NCBI GenBank assembly: GCA_030141605.1
Contig: JAQGDQ010000009.1
Location: 682,001 to 746,000, forward strand
Length of the DNA: 64,000 nucleotides
Direction: 5' to 3'
From: Tubiluchus corallicola
Taxonomy: Eukaryota > Animalia > Priapulida
Below are positions 47,501 to 58,919 of the stretch, piece by piece. Below the pieces are notes generated by a model. That model was given only the letters and a program-made list of their open reading frames with translations. It had not been told where the DNA came from and ran no database searches. Position 1 is the stretch's first letter; each line of letters begins with the position of its first letter. The translations under genes and the position numbers were made by a program.

Positions 47501-50500
47501 TGACATAAAGATGTACAAGCAATGAATAAACACAAACAACAACAAAAGACATTATTGGTGTTTTAGACTTTGTTATTAGACTTCTTTTTCTGCGTAATCA
47601 ATCTTTAACCTATTCACTGGCAATTTGTACTGCAGTTGGAAATGGGGAAGATTTTCAGAAAATAAAAAGTTGTTACTATTACAGATACTGTACAGACTAC
47701 AGATTATTGCAAAATCACTGCCAGTTTTATTGTCACAATTATCATTGCCACCATCATAGCTGTTGCCACCACCACCACCATTACGAGTACCACCATTTTC
47801 ATCACGTCATTTCAAAAGTAGTTTTGTGTTGTAGTTTTGCTACTGGGGTACGTGTTAATTAATTGCATATTAGACATGACGGTAGTCTTGTCATACAGGT
47901 AATAAGAGTGACATTTTCATGACAAAAGATTCTTGCCATACAGGCAGTGAAGTGGTTAATGTACAAGTAACTGTTACACATGACTACCCTCGTTCTGAAA
48001 ATGGCTACTTCTATGAATATATTGTAAACTTTAAGCAACATGGATACCTTTTATAGGCAGATGTCTAAAGTGAAGTGGAAGTGCCAGCATTGAAAGCAAT
48101 AGATGTATAGATGCCCGTCTCAACTCCACTAGTGAAATACTAGGATGCAATCTAAAACATTTAAGTTAATTTAACGTACTGTAACAGATAATGACACATT
48201 TTTTTGCGGGGGAGTAATGAATCAATTAATCAGGTTTTTCTAAAACAGAAGCTTTTTAAATACATATACTGTAATATGTAAAATATAATTACCTGAACCT
48301 TGGTTCCTTCTCAGAAAGAACCAATTCTAGTGCACATACAAGATTGGGGAGCAGCACCATGATACCTTCTAAATCTGTTCGAAACAAGTTCGATGAGTTG
48401 AATAAGATTGAACTCAATACTGGACTGCTAAGATGCTGTAAAAAAGATCTCAAATAAAGAGAATATCAGAGAATAAAGAGTTAGCAGTTATGCACCACAC
48501 ACTAAGTCATTGCTTAACAAGGCTAATGCGATACAGCAAAACATAACGTTAAGCAAAATGTCGTTAAATGAAACCAAAGCTTCCGTAGAAAGTAAAGCAG
48601 AAGAAGTGAGATACTTTCCAGATATAAAAATCAATGCTGCGTAGTTTGTATAAATTAAACGATTTATGAGTTTTATTCATATTTCTACTAATAAATTTCT
48701 CTCTGCTTGATTGAAGCAATCTATTTTTGTTAAGAGTACATAGCTAGTGTTTTTTCATTAACAATGAAACCCTACACAATTAGCTGTTAAATACTGCATA
48801 GTAAAAGCCCAGTCCTGGGATGACTTTGGAAAAATTTCACCTAGATGCTGGTTGCTATAGCAACAGACAAAATTCGTTTGTATAAATTTTGTACCCAGGT
48901 GCCTAGAGGTGTCTATATCTCAAATAGATCTCGCACTTAGGCTGGCTTTTAGCAGTCAGTCAGGGGTAAAAACATAAACAATAATTGTACTGTTTTCTAT
49001 TATTAGTGTGTTTCTAAAACAGAATAACGCAATTAATATTGTTTTACTGCTTCAAGTTAGATAAAAAAGTTGTTGATAAAATAAAAATGGCTTTGAGCAA
49101 AGTAAAAAAAATCGTAGTTAAACTAAAACAGGTGTTAAATGTTCAGCATCATTAAAACAAGACATCACTAAATAGGGGAGTATTTAAGCGAAGACTTACT
49201 GTACTAAAAAACATTACAATTACAAAAATGCTGCTTTAATGTATCACAAACAAAAAAAGCAAAGAACAAAATGATGTTAATATATTACTCACCTCATTAA
49301 GCAATAGCCCTTGTTTTAAAACAATATAAAATCGTGCATAATACACCGGTAGGATTCTCTCTCCAGTTTTGTGAGAACAAAAAATACGGCACAAGGTGCC
49401 TAGAGCCTCGGCTCGACCGGAATCATAACTAGTTTCCATGTCTAGAAAATCAGCCGTGACAGGGACAAAGGTAGATGCAGATGACGAAGTCGATGAGTAG
49501 CCACCAACAAACGAGCTTGACCGCCGTCCATCAGGAATGTCTACAATGTAGAACACATTTAAATAGAGCAGTACATAAAGACCAATAAACAAGTAGAAAA
49601 AACACTCAAAAGGCCGAGTTATAATCTGTAAATAGTGTGTTAAATGATGAGGAAACAAGACTGATACGATAAGAAAACAGTATATAAATAAATTAAAAAA
49701 TTAATAATAATTTTGCACAATGGAGCATAATTACAAAACAAAACAAAACACAATTTAGTAAGACAATAAATGTGCCAATTTTTTTACAAAATTGGGATGC
49801 TAGTACTAATAACATCAATAATAAACTACAATAATTTCAATTTAAGTAGCAACTATGAAGCACTTGCCTTTCACTAACTCATAAGGCAGTGGACACTTTA
49901 CCATAGCTGCCTCAAACAGCCAGTCACCAAGCAAATGCAGAATGCTGTTACACTTGGGCCGTCCAGTGGCAAGGGTTTTCTGCAAGTCTAGTGAGAGCGG
50001 CACGAAGGTGACAGTAGGAGTGATGGGTGTACTCAGCTGTTTCGGTAGATTCGAGGAAGAGCTGCCCGGTTTATCTGAAATATTAAAGTTAAATTTCCGT
50101 TTCACATTTTCTTGAACTGAAATTCTACAATTAATTACACTAAACAACAAAACTGCAATTTGGTGATGCAATTTCATTTTTTGGAAATTAACATTTTTTT
50201 ATAACAAACTGATATAGCAGTTTCTTGTTGCAAAGTAATAACAACTGCATACTGCATTCCTGAATATGCCTTAATGATATGTAGGGTTGCTAAATGACAC
50301 AAACTTTTGCAATGCGATAATGATGCGATGAGATACCTTTTCAAATGATATATGATATCGAACATCTGATAATATGATACGATAAATTATTTCGAACCAT
50401 AAAACCGATGCTGAACATGTGGTTAGTTATTGTGCGAGGTGCATTACAGTGTATTACTGTGCCGTATTTTTGCAACCCGTTTCCCGATTAACATGTAGAT

Positions 50501-53500
50501 ACGTATAATCTACAACAAATTTCTCTTCTTTGTTTAGTCATAAATTATTTTTTTTTGGTTATAAAATAATGTTAATATGTGAGCTGCGACAGATAGATAC
50601 ATTACACATAATCTATTGCTACATGATATGTTTATTTGCGTGAGATGCACTGCCTCCACATAACGAGGGAAATGCCTCAAAAAATAGCAGCATTCGCATG
50701 TCATTAAACCAATTGAAGGCAGCTGATATTGCAGGATGAAAGTAAAAGAAAATAATTCGAATATGAATAACTCTTTTGTTAATTTTGTGTGTACTTCCAA
50801 TGCATATATGAATAAGCAAAAATGAAGTGTTTTTATAAAAATGAGCGATAAGCAGCGATACGCACCAAATTCGATATGATAACGATATTCCTAGAATAAT
50901 ATCGATACGATAAAAACAAATTTTTTGTATTAATATGATAATCTATAATTATCGACATGATAATTATCCATATGTATCTGCTGACATCGCTAATGACAAG
51001 TGCCATTCAACTGTGTCATTTAAAAATATGAATGAAAATTAAAAAATATTCAATTAATTTTTGATCGATCTACTCAAAACCAACCTCAATGCACACGGGA
51101 AAAACGAGACACTGGCCAATGATAAATAAAATTGCAAAGAACAACAGTTGCTAAGATTAGCCATACAATGTAAAAGTGACCTCTATGTTCCGCACTACTG
51201 CCAGGAAAGAGGAACAATAGGTAGCCTGGTCATAGCTAAAAACAGCAAGAAATCATACAAACTTTTGCCGCTAAGCTTTTTCTTCTGTAATGGAGGTGTG
51301 CTGTTTGGAGCAGGAGTGAGCTGTTTACTTGCAGGCAAAGGGCCTGGATCTTTCATCTCTGGTTGTTGGATTCCTTAAAAATTACAGTCAGTTACAATAA
51401 GAATGATAGAAGAAAAGGGAAAGGTAAAATTACAGACATCTCAACACAACTTGCCATGTATTTAATAAAGCAGAGGAAAATTTTCAAATGTATTTTATCA
51501 CTCAAAGTATTAAGGACAATGTGTTAAACTGACAATATCAAAGGCGCTACTGTATCAACATTTTTATTATGAACTACCACAAATACAAATAAGCAAACAA
51601 TGTAAATGTGCATTTTTTTACTTTTACTGGGTAATAGTCGATTTTTTTACATTGTCTAAAGAAATTTTTAAAACATTCAAATATAGAAACAGTGCTTTTG
51701 CACACACCGAGAAAAGCATCCACTAGAGTTGAAATACCCTTCATGGCTTTCAAGAAGATGTCTGGCAGATTGTTAAGACATGAATGGTTTGATGCTCGAA
51801 GGATTCCCTACAACAAGATTGACAATACATTGGCAAGAAATTACACAAATCGACTGACAACGGTTTCGAATCATTATATTCAGTGTTTATCACAAATGTT
51901 CATTAACTTCTGGGTGAACATTTGTTATTGGTTACACAGTAAGCCCTGGCTTAAAGACGCTAATAAGTCATTATACGAAACAATACATAATGACGCCATT
52001 ATATGAAACAATGCCTTCCATAGAAAACAATGCATTCAGTTGCATGCCGTACGTAAAGATCAATAATGCTTGGCCTATGTAAATGTCTCAGTTGTATTGC
52101 AAACAAAAATGAATAATGCTTGGCACATGAATGAAATACCTAATGACGTTTATTTCTGACAATTTTTTAACTAAAATTGTTGTCTTAGTTATAAGAACTA
52201 AAATTTACAGTAAAATTTCAATGTGAAACATAAGCTTTCTTTTTTGTATACATGTATCTCTGATTGTTCACCTTGAGCCATTTCTTTCTTTTCTTTCTGT
52301 GCTTGTTTTTCAAAAAAATCTAACTTTAGTTGCACAGACTCTTTCTGTTTTCTGCTAAAACTTTTTCGTAATACTATAAAGCATTAGCAATATCACGGTT
52401 CACTTATGAACTTCATTCTCTATCTGGATTATTTTTGTACAAAATTTCAAGTCCAGCATTCTAATTTTTAAAATGTGTTTTACTAAACGTTCCTAAGAAA
52501 TGTTTCTAGTGTTGTTTTCTGACAAAGTAAATGCACATGAGGTGAACGCAGCATAATTAACTCAGCAATGTAACATCAGAGAATTTTATCAGATGAATTC
52601 CATCTCTACGAAGGAATTACCAAGTGGCCAGCAATGAATCATCATTGCTTACTTACCTAGAAGGATAAATTATTATCAAGATTTCTGTTAATATTGGCAT
52701 TTCATAAGTCACGAGAGCAGCAAACAAATTCTTTGTCAAAACAAAACATGCATCACTGAGTGAATAAATGATGTCAAAAGATCAGCATAATTAAAATGAG
52801 GAGTTATAGTATGTGAATGATTACCCTAGGCTTGTCATACGAATATTCACTGTTGACTTGCTGTTCCCACTCCTGAAACTTGGGAGTTTGACTAACTATG
52901 TCTGGATTACACAAGTTGACTGGATTACTCATAATGTGCAGAAAACGAAACCAGCTTTGTGCTACACGATCATTGTCCATCTCTATTGGTGTTATAGGTT
53001 GATCATCTTCAGCTGCAATAGTTCACGTTTCCGTAATAGAAGAGCTTGTGGTAGAACCAGGCGTGGAACTTTACTCATATCAAGAATAACCCACTAATAT
53101 CAGGCAATGAATTAGCAGAGCTATTTTGTATTTCGTATTTAGTAAAGTGGGCAATCTTTCTATGCTTTTTACAGATATATATACATACACTTCAGTAAAA
53201 ATCCTAGTATTTATTAGAATACTTTAGTTTAAAACATCACATAATCCAAGAAAACTAATACTGATGGTAAATTATGCCCAAAGCCACAGCATTTGGTGAC
53301 AATTTCAATGTAACAGGCCTCTGACTACTACTGAAGATAGCTATCATGTGAAAACGTTACCAAAAGCAATTTACCCTAACAAATATATGAAAATATATAT
53401 ACATACATATTTTCAACTGTGGAAAGTTTGGTCCGTACATGATACGTAACATCCTAGCGGTCAGCAATAGGTTAACCCGATTCCACTGTTCAACGAGTGC

Positions 53501-56500
53501 CACATGATGGCGCCAGTTGAGGCACATGCAACGAAATGTCTTCCACATTGGCGGTGACGGGAAGGACCTGGCACATGCCAGTAACCACATTTCAAACAGC
53601 ACACTGACAATACGCTTCACTAATTGATCTCCAAGGCCATCTGAAGGCAAATAAAAAACAACACACTCTGTTCTTTAATATGTTAGAACATGCAGTGAGT
53701 CACAGAAGTTAACAAGTACTAGTAAATAAAGTACAAGTATGTTTAGTATTCTTTCTAATCTAAACATATTTGTCCAAATTATAACATGCCTTACAAACAG
53801 ATTGTTTTAGCCTTGCAGTTTGACACAATCACATTACTGTTTTCTGGCTATATGAAATTACTGTGTTTAACAGGCAGCCAGTACAATTTTAGTTTTAGTG
53901 ACTAAATCATAGTATATTATTTAACACAGATAGCTTTCAAGTTTATTCTAAATGCAATATGCACCAGATAATGTCAAGCAAATAAAAGGCAAGTAATTTT
54001 CAAAAACTTACAGGGTATTCAGTGGGCCTATCTTTTTTATCAGTAATTATGAGTATTTCACAAATCAGGTATAATGAAAATTAAAAACATTTATGTTGAA
54101 AAATTGTGGCACTGAAGTTAGTAAAAATTTATGAATGTAATTCTATCATTCAAATGCTACTTAAATGACATATCATTCAACAAATGGCAAATAATATAAA
54201 CTTGCAATACTTTATGCCTTAGCTTGCTATTCTCTTAGATCATGCTTATTAACAAAAGCAGGGCAACAATGGTTAGTTTATGCAGCTAAAGTTGTTATGC
54301 ATTCACAAAAACAAAAAAATCACTACTACCAAATTAAAATGGCTACAATAGCAGTGCAGTAAAGCAAAAGCAGTAGTAATTGATTATAGTAACTGCTTTT
54401 TACCACATACCTTTCACGGTCGGAGGAGATAAAAGGGTGTCGTTTATAGCAAGCAAAAACTGTAGTAGTATGTTCCATGTTTCAGGAAGCATGAGCTGAG
54501 AATCCTTGGCCACGGTTTCAATCATTCTCAGAACACGATGACACATGATTACTTGATGCTTTACTAAATCTGTATCTAAAGATGATGATAAGATATAAAT
54601 CAAGCAAGCTTTCACTGATAATTGGCATGAATTTAAAAGCAGGTAGGTCTACATAAGTGTAATGAAAGATATCAACCCGAACACTTCACGTCCAACTAAA
54701 ACTAGCCTAACTGGGTGAAATGTTAGTTTTTAAATCTAAACAGAAACTATTGTTCTATTTTCAAAGAAATGGATTTTGAAAACCATAAAAGTTGAAACAG
54801 CAAAAGTTAAAGAGTAAGAAAAGGCAATTTTAAACCATGTTCAAAAAATTTTACACACAAAGTTATATTACTCAGCATTGTGCTTACCTACATGAAAGAC
54901 TTATGTAACTAGAAAAGAGCATTCTCAGTAATTTGAGACATTTGTGCCAACTGGTAAAATACCACTGACTCACCAGCCCAGTGTGCACCACTGACTCAAC
55001 AAAAAAGAATTTGTGATCTTGTTGACAAGATACAGGAATTCATACTTTTGTTTAGTTAGCGAAGAGTGTTCCGATTACTTATCAAACTTTACGCAATGTT
55101 ATTTAAACTTGTCTTCAACAACTTATCGTTAAAATGGCTGCACCTAACGGCCGTCGCAGAAGTTTAAATATACAAGTTTTATATAGCGTTACTGTTAATG
55201 CAAGGCCGATGTGCAATAAGACAACATGTAAGTGATGTAAAATTGCAAGATAAATTTTTAAGCTTTGTTTATGAATAGCGTTTACACGTGCTTTAAATAA
55301 CTATTCACTTGATCAACCAAAGTTAGCTATAGTGGGATGACTATGACATGCATTAAATTTTTGACAAGAAATGTAGCAGTAGTCATGTGCCTGCCAGCGC
55401 TCTGATTCATTCAGTTTCTACGAAAGAAAACAGATTTTTTTGTCAATAACAGACTGCATGTAAATCTAAGTAAAGTGTATATGTAACATTTCATAAACAG
55501 GCCGTATAAAAAGCTAATCTTGATAAATAAAGCTTAAATTAGCATTATTATCTTGATTTCTGTGATGAGTAGCAGATCAACAACAACTTTATAGTTTCCA
55601 CAAACTGCATTATACAGTTGCAGCTCTTAAAATACATTAATTCTTTAAGCTGTATATCAGAAAAACGTTTTGAATTAAGCAACCAAGTTGTCTGCAGATA
55701 AACCTAGTGTAGGATTAGAAGCATTTAACTATGCCTCGTTATATACAAGTCATGTGCACATAACATTTATACAAAACTTCCACGATAGTAGACTTATATA
55801 TTATTTTCTTCGTGGTAAAGGTAAACTAATGGTTTTACAACATTTCTAGCTGATCCAAGTTCTACAATTCAAAGAAATAGCCTTTTATCATGAGATGTAT
55901 TCTCCAACGTTTGCATTAGCATCTCTTTAAATCTGAGATACACAACACTTTGGTAAAATTTAATGAATCAAAGACAGTAAAAACTAACTTGTATCTAGCC
56001 TTGGTATGAACAAACTGTAGAAATGCCGAATAATTGTTTGGGTATAAGTGTTTGGGTCCTCCAGAACGGGAATTGGCACACATTCCTTGGGGGCCATCAT
56101 CGCCGATAGCCATTCACAATAGACATTTACACAATCACGGATTGTTTCATGTTCAGTTAGAGGGAGGCCTAGACCATGCCATAAAACCTAGATAATAATA
56201 TTTAAATAAGATTGTGAAAAATTTACGCATACTAGAACTAAATCCACCATTTCCTGATTGCTAGCTGGCTTCGTAAGCTGGTAAGTTGCAGCATGTCTTA
56301 GATACAACAAGAACTAGAATTTTACCAAGTTTTTGTTTTTTCTTACCTAAACTTGAACTTGTTATGAAAATACGACAAAGCAATTAAAATAGCTATTTCA
56401 TATAATGTTTGGGCAAATTTTGAAAGTATTTTCGTTACATTAGAACACTGAACAGACATTTGCTATAAACACTAATGAACTCAGGAAATAAAATAATCTA

Positions 56501-57023
56501 GAGCATCTAAGTGGGTAATAATGTTACTGAGGATCACAGATGTGCTTTGCCATATTATTAATTAATCACATCTCATTATTAGCCAAATTAAGTTTTGCAT
56601 ATTAGTACATACAAACCCTGCTAATAGAGGGTTTATGTACATACTTTTATATTTTTCACTAAACGAGATTCAATAAATTAATAATTGTTTTCTTGCTCTT
56701 TCTCTCTCTCTCTTCTAAATCCAGCAAATACTATTTGCGATAAACACTTTCCTTTTATTAAAAACTGCCTCACTATAAATATTTTTCACTACCAAACACC
56801 AGTGATAAGCATCACTTACTTCCATGGTCCAATCAACTTGTTTCTCTGAATTCAGTTGGCTTGTCTCACATTCACTTGTGCTGATGCTCAAATGCCTTGC
56901 TAACGATTTCACAATGCTGCTTGCCACATCTTTCCCTACCGAACTCGGAAAGTTCTCCAGCACGCTAGTCTGCCCAACATTGCTCGCTATTACAGATTCC
57001 AATGATGCCCACTCAGAATACAT
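23436..57023 (-). CDS. RALGAPB: Ral GTPase-activating protein subunit beta; ~31 coding exons
   Basis: Exons in transcript order: 56820-57023, 55989-56187, 54411-54575, 53407-53640, ~52825-53012, 51708-51806, 51259-51373, 49868-50074, 49293-49540, 48293-48435, 48048-48151, 47297-47419, 46794-46907, 45680-45769, 45359-45499, 44170-44396, 43228-43338, 42891-43068, 42549-42637, 42104-42225, 41275-41442, 40650-40722, 39783-39953, 38050-38176, 37480-37635, 36753-36992, 33630-33739, 32907-33066, 32532-32670, 24258-24374, 23436-23571. Recognised peptides: [135 protein letters not shown]...PEFYTELF. Two junctions near 52.8 kb and 51.2 kb are not phase-resolved. Confidence 0.92.
23887..23996. repeat. 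(TAGTA)n pentanucleotide microsatellite
   Basis: About 20 near-perfect tagta units; source of the TILYY-repeat ORFs. Confidence 0.95.
24258..24374 (-). CDS. RALGAPB: RALGAPB penultimate coding exon (missing from the ORF track)
   Basis: ttttag|...[38 protein letters not shown]...|gtaagt; phase 2 at both ends, matching neighbours. Confidence 0.88.
24428..24708 (+). promoter_or_regulatory. Repeated ~280 bp upstream module of the GPCR genes (copy 1 of 6; others start ~26128, 28339, 30043, 30876, 32012)
   Basis: Core atgcaaaYaaaaa(t)gtcacttatttatgtactactRtttgtgcatgcattaagctaaatac lies 280-286 bp before each ATG; includes an octamer-like ATGCAAAT/C and the palindrome TGCATGCA. Confidence 0.55.
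24709..25641 (+). CDS. Intronless class A (rhodopsin-like) GPCR, copy 1 (type A), 310 aa
   Basis: Seven hydrophobic segments; TM1 AN, TM2 NLSVADL, TM3 AERY..I.YPLRY, TM6 CYTP, TM7 NSLANVFVY, helix 8 EEFRNEMKK; N-glycosylation sequon NAT. Confidence 0.92.
   Translation: MADGLAEMNATTSFTSELGVNIFSLTLGIAIIIANSIVIIVIARAPSLHKPLYYALGNLSVADLFSGICLTLQTIIFSVVNPKKKNLTMCVFLYVIPNACVGNSAICYYLATAERYISIIYPLRYHVWLSDRRVRNILIFAWIYQTVTIGALLILYIFDRKILYKCVPHPRGLYSKYVFCLLVVSLPGILISFSYAYITILKTALKQVREIENSTHTAADSTVTRATSLQAKLKPVKTVATIVALFFVCYTPTVVAFFMLYVHGETKMVNANNYYWYLLPVYCNSLANVFVYVAKMEEFRNEMKKMIPFC
26413..27369 (+). CDS. Intronless class A GPCR, copy 2 (type B), 318 aa
   Basis: Same motifs as copy 1; longer N-terminus [26 protein letters not shown] and a different C-terminus and 3' flank. 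Confidence 0.92.
   Translation: MADRIPELNATFSFTNDVVRTNLELGVNILSLILGIAIIIANSIVIIVIARAPSLHKPLYYALGNLSVADLVSGICLTLQTIAFSVVDPKKKNLTMCVFLYVIPNACVSNSAMCYFLATAERYISIVYPLRYHVWLSDRRIRNILIFVWIDQSVTIGALLILYIVDRKILYKCVPHPHGLYAKYVFYCSVTVFPALLISFFYAYITILKTALKQVREIENSTYAASDSTVTGATSLQAKLKPVKTVATIVALFFMCYTPVTVTIFMLYVHGETKMVNANNYYWFLLPVHCNSLANVFVYVAKMEEFRNEMKKAIPFYK
27750..28320 (+). repeat. Intergenic block of the GPCR array, duplicated at ~30250-30860
   Basis: Both begin taaaatagaatattactttggttcctattattttgtttata and remain colinear through catgactgcacacccc. Confidence 0.8.
28619..29548 (+). CDS. Intronless class A GPCR, copy 3 (type A ends, partly B-like interior), 309 aa
   Basis: N- and C-termini and 3' flank nearly identical to copy 1; all class A motifs intact. 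Confidence 0.92.
   Translation: MADGLAEMNATTSFTSELGVNIFSLTLGIAIIIANSIVIIVIARAPSLHKPLYYALANLSVADLLSGICLTFQTIIFSVVDPKKNLTMCVFLYVIPNACVSNSAVCYCLATAERYISIIYPLRYHVWLSDRRARNILIFAWIYQTVTFSAFLILYIVDRKILYKCVPHPHGLYSKFGFYSSVTVLPGILISFSYAYITILKTALKQVREIENSTHAAVDSTVTTATSLQAKLKPVKTVATIVALFFVCYTPIMVAIFTLHVHGETKMVNASNYYWYLLPVYCNSLANVFVYVAKMEEFRNEMKKMIPFC
31162..32070 (+). pseudogene. Class A GPCR copy 4 (type B), truncated after TM6 and fused in frame to an upstream-module copy; probable pseudogene
   Basis: Homology to paralogs stops at HGETK (31983); what follows matches 30848 onward; lacks TM7 NSLANVFVY and helix 8. Confidence 0.75.
32293..32321 (+). pseudogene. Relic 5' end of a fifth GPCR copy ([10 protein letters not shown])
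   Basis: atggcagacagaatacctgtactgaatgc follows a complete type B upstream module, then homology ends. Confidence 0.7.
32532..32670 (-). CDS. RALGAPB: RALGAPB exon preceding the GPCR-containing intron (missing from the ORF track)
   Basis: [40 protein letters not shown]; ends phase 2 at aa|gtatgt, compatible with exon 24258-24374. Confidence 0.85.
39185..39540. mobile_element. Long imperfect inverted repeat resembling a pair of Penelope-like element pseudo-LTRs
   Basis: Arms of ~165 bp (aataatgcaa...caatggctattgttga vs tcaacaatagccattg...ttgcattatt); each has a hammerhead-like core followed by AATAA(A). Confidence 0.6.
39240..39283 (-). ncRNA. Minimal type I hammerhead ribozyme-like motif
   Basis: Minus strand AGUGCU CUGAUGA A GGUGCA AGUC UGCGUC GAAA UG UA AGCAAU: conserved core, 6-bp stem II with G-U pairs, stem I UGCU/AGCA, UH cleavage site. 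Confidence 0.55.
44645..45123. mobile_element. Non-autonomous DNA transposon family A, copy 3
   Basis: Colinear similarity with the other three copies. Confidence 0.7.
48812..48951. mobile_element. Small MITE-like element with terminal inverted repeats
   Basis: taaaagcccagtcct ... aggctggctttta; internal 14-bp palindrome GTTGCTATAGCAAC. Confidence 0.45.
50282..50992. mobile_element. hAT-like non-autonomous transposon with subterminal CGATA repeats
   Basis: Ends TAGGGTTG...CATCGCTA; degenerate 8-bp flanking duplication atgatatg/atgacaag; many cgata/tatcg units near both ends. Confidence 0.6.
54807..55296. mobile_element. Non-autonomous DNA transposon family A, copy 4
   Basis: TTAAAG...CTTTAA termini; colinear with the other copies. 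Confidence 0.75.
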
Positions 57024-58919
57024 TCTGACAAGGTTCAGATGTTACTCGGTTCTAGAGCACCTGAAAATTAATAAATGTGTTATGTATAACATCAGTTTTA
57101 AGGTTATCAATTCATGATTGAAGAAATTAAGGCTAGGTTGAAATACTGCGGACTGAGAAACAGCAGTGATACTGGTTCGTACCAGTTGACGAGCGTTTGT
57201 GACACAATATTTTTTTCTACATTCAGGTTAGAGGAATTAGTAAAATGTTATAAATGACACCTCTCACAATTTTTCTGAACAGCACTTTAACAGTCAGCCA
57301 GCAGCTATCCAATTTTCGGCTAAAGTTTAGATAATCAGTAATCAGTAAAATAAACTAAAAATCCACTATTATTAAATTTAGAAACCAAACTTGAAAGAAA
57401 GCAAATGTGAAAAAATCCATTCATCATTGAGTTTGAATTCAAACTAGGGACTTAGGGACCACTGCTCTGACACTAGCTAAAAGGACCCTTCGCCTATGAA
57501 AAAGATGAGTGATATTTTAATACCAGCACATCCAGTATAAACTGACCATTTCTTTCAAATTTTACGAAATTTAATATGCCTTCATTTAAAAGTTTTTTTT
57601 ACTTTCTGAACTGAATAGTATTTGTTGACTTCCAAGTTTGATCTGGTTTCAGTTACTCAGATGACCAGTCCATTACTTATCTAGACGGTAGAACCTAAGC
57701 ACGAGTTATAAACACAAAGCTGCACAGTTTTAACCAACTTCTGTAATAATTTAAACAAACTACTTGTCTTTGTAGTACTAATAGTTACACCAAAGTAAAT
57801 AATCGTGTATGGACATGTACACTTTGCAGGGCTAACAAGTGCTACCCTCTTAATAGCCTCTAAATGAAATTCGGTAAAATTTAATTAAAATGTTTCATAC
57901 AAAGCTTTATATTTTTCATTGGATTTGAACAAATTTTAAATTCCAAAATTTGGGCTGCAAAAGTAACTAAACTTGTTCAACATAACACCTATAAATGTAG
58001 CGTGAATACAAAGAATGTTTGTTTGCACTTAGCTGTTAACGACTGATGCTTTGAAATTCTGCGTAAATTACCTGACACCAAAATGTATACACATAACATA
58101 TTTTTTAGTTGCTATGCATAGGTAAAAAAGAACGTAAGCCTGCCTAACGTACGGAAATTGCAAACTGAATGTTCAGATACAACGCAGTACAGTTTGCAAA
58201 GAATAAAACGAAAAAGAATACCAGATAGCAATCATGTGGCATCAAACTGAAGTTGATCCGTTTGAAATATTTATTCAAAGAAGAGAAAAATCAGAGCGTT
58301 TTCTCTTGACAACTTGGCAAGTGTCAATAGGCGATATCTTTCAGATGGTGTGTAGCGGCAGTAAGGGATTTGCCCACGACTGCTTTGCATGCAGTTAACG
58401 ACGGTTTTAACGACGAGTCGAGATTTTGTCCAGTCAAAAAGTCACTGATATTTCTGACAATGAATTATAATCTTAAGTTTCTTTAAACTTAATCCAGAAA
58501 TATAACACTTTTAAAGTATGCAATGTTTATTTTGAAAGTTGTAGTGTACCATTTACTATTATCTTAGATGAACCTTCAGCTTTTATTGTCATTGTTGGTG
58601 TTTCATCGAATTTCATATCAATGATGCTGCCCTGGCGTCTTTTATGCATCTTCCTCCCGTCTCCTCTCTTTCCTCTTTTCCGTTTCTTCTTGATGCGGTC
58701 TTTAAGTCTTTCAGCAATATTGCAATTATTAGGTAACATCAGTCGCACAGTTTCTGTATTTAATGTTATAGTAAATTATAAGCTACAGTCTTATGTTATT
58801 CTGTAGCTGCTTGAACGTTTATATGTTGGCTAAATACATAAATAAAATTTAATCTTGCTCTGCAACTTTTAAGGCTTCAGCTGCTATGTCATGGATGAGC
58901 TGTCAATATATATACTTCA

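Noticed and set aside
55916-56113. [15 protein letters not shown]... as a separate gene
   Set aside because: Off-frame reading of RALGAPB coding exon 2 (true frame [27 protein letters not shown]).
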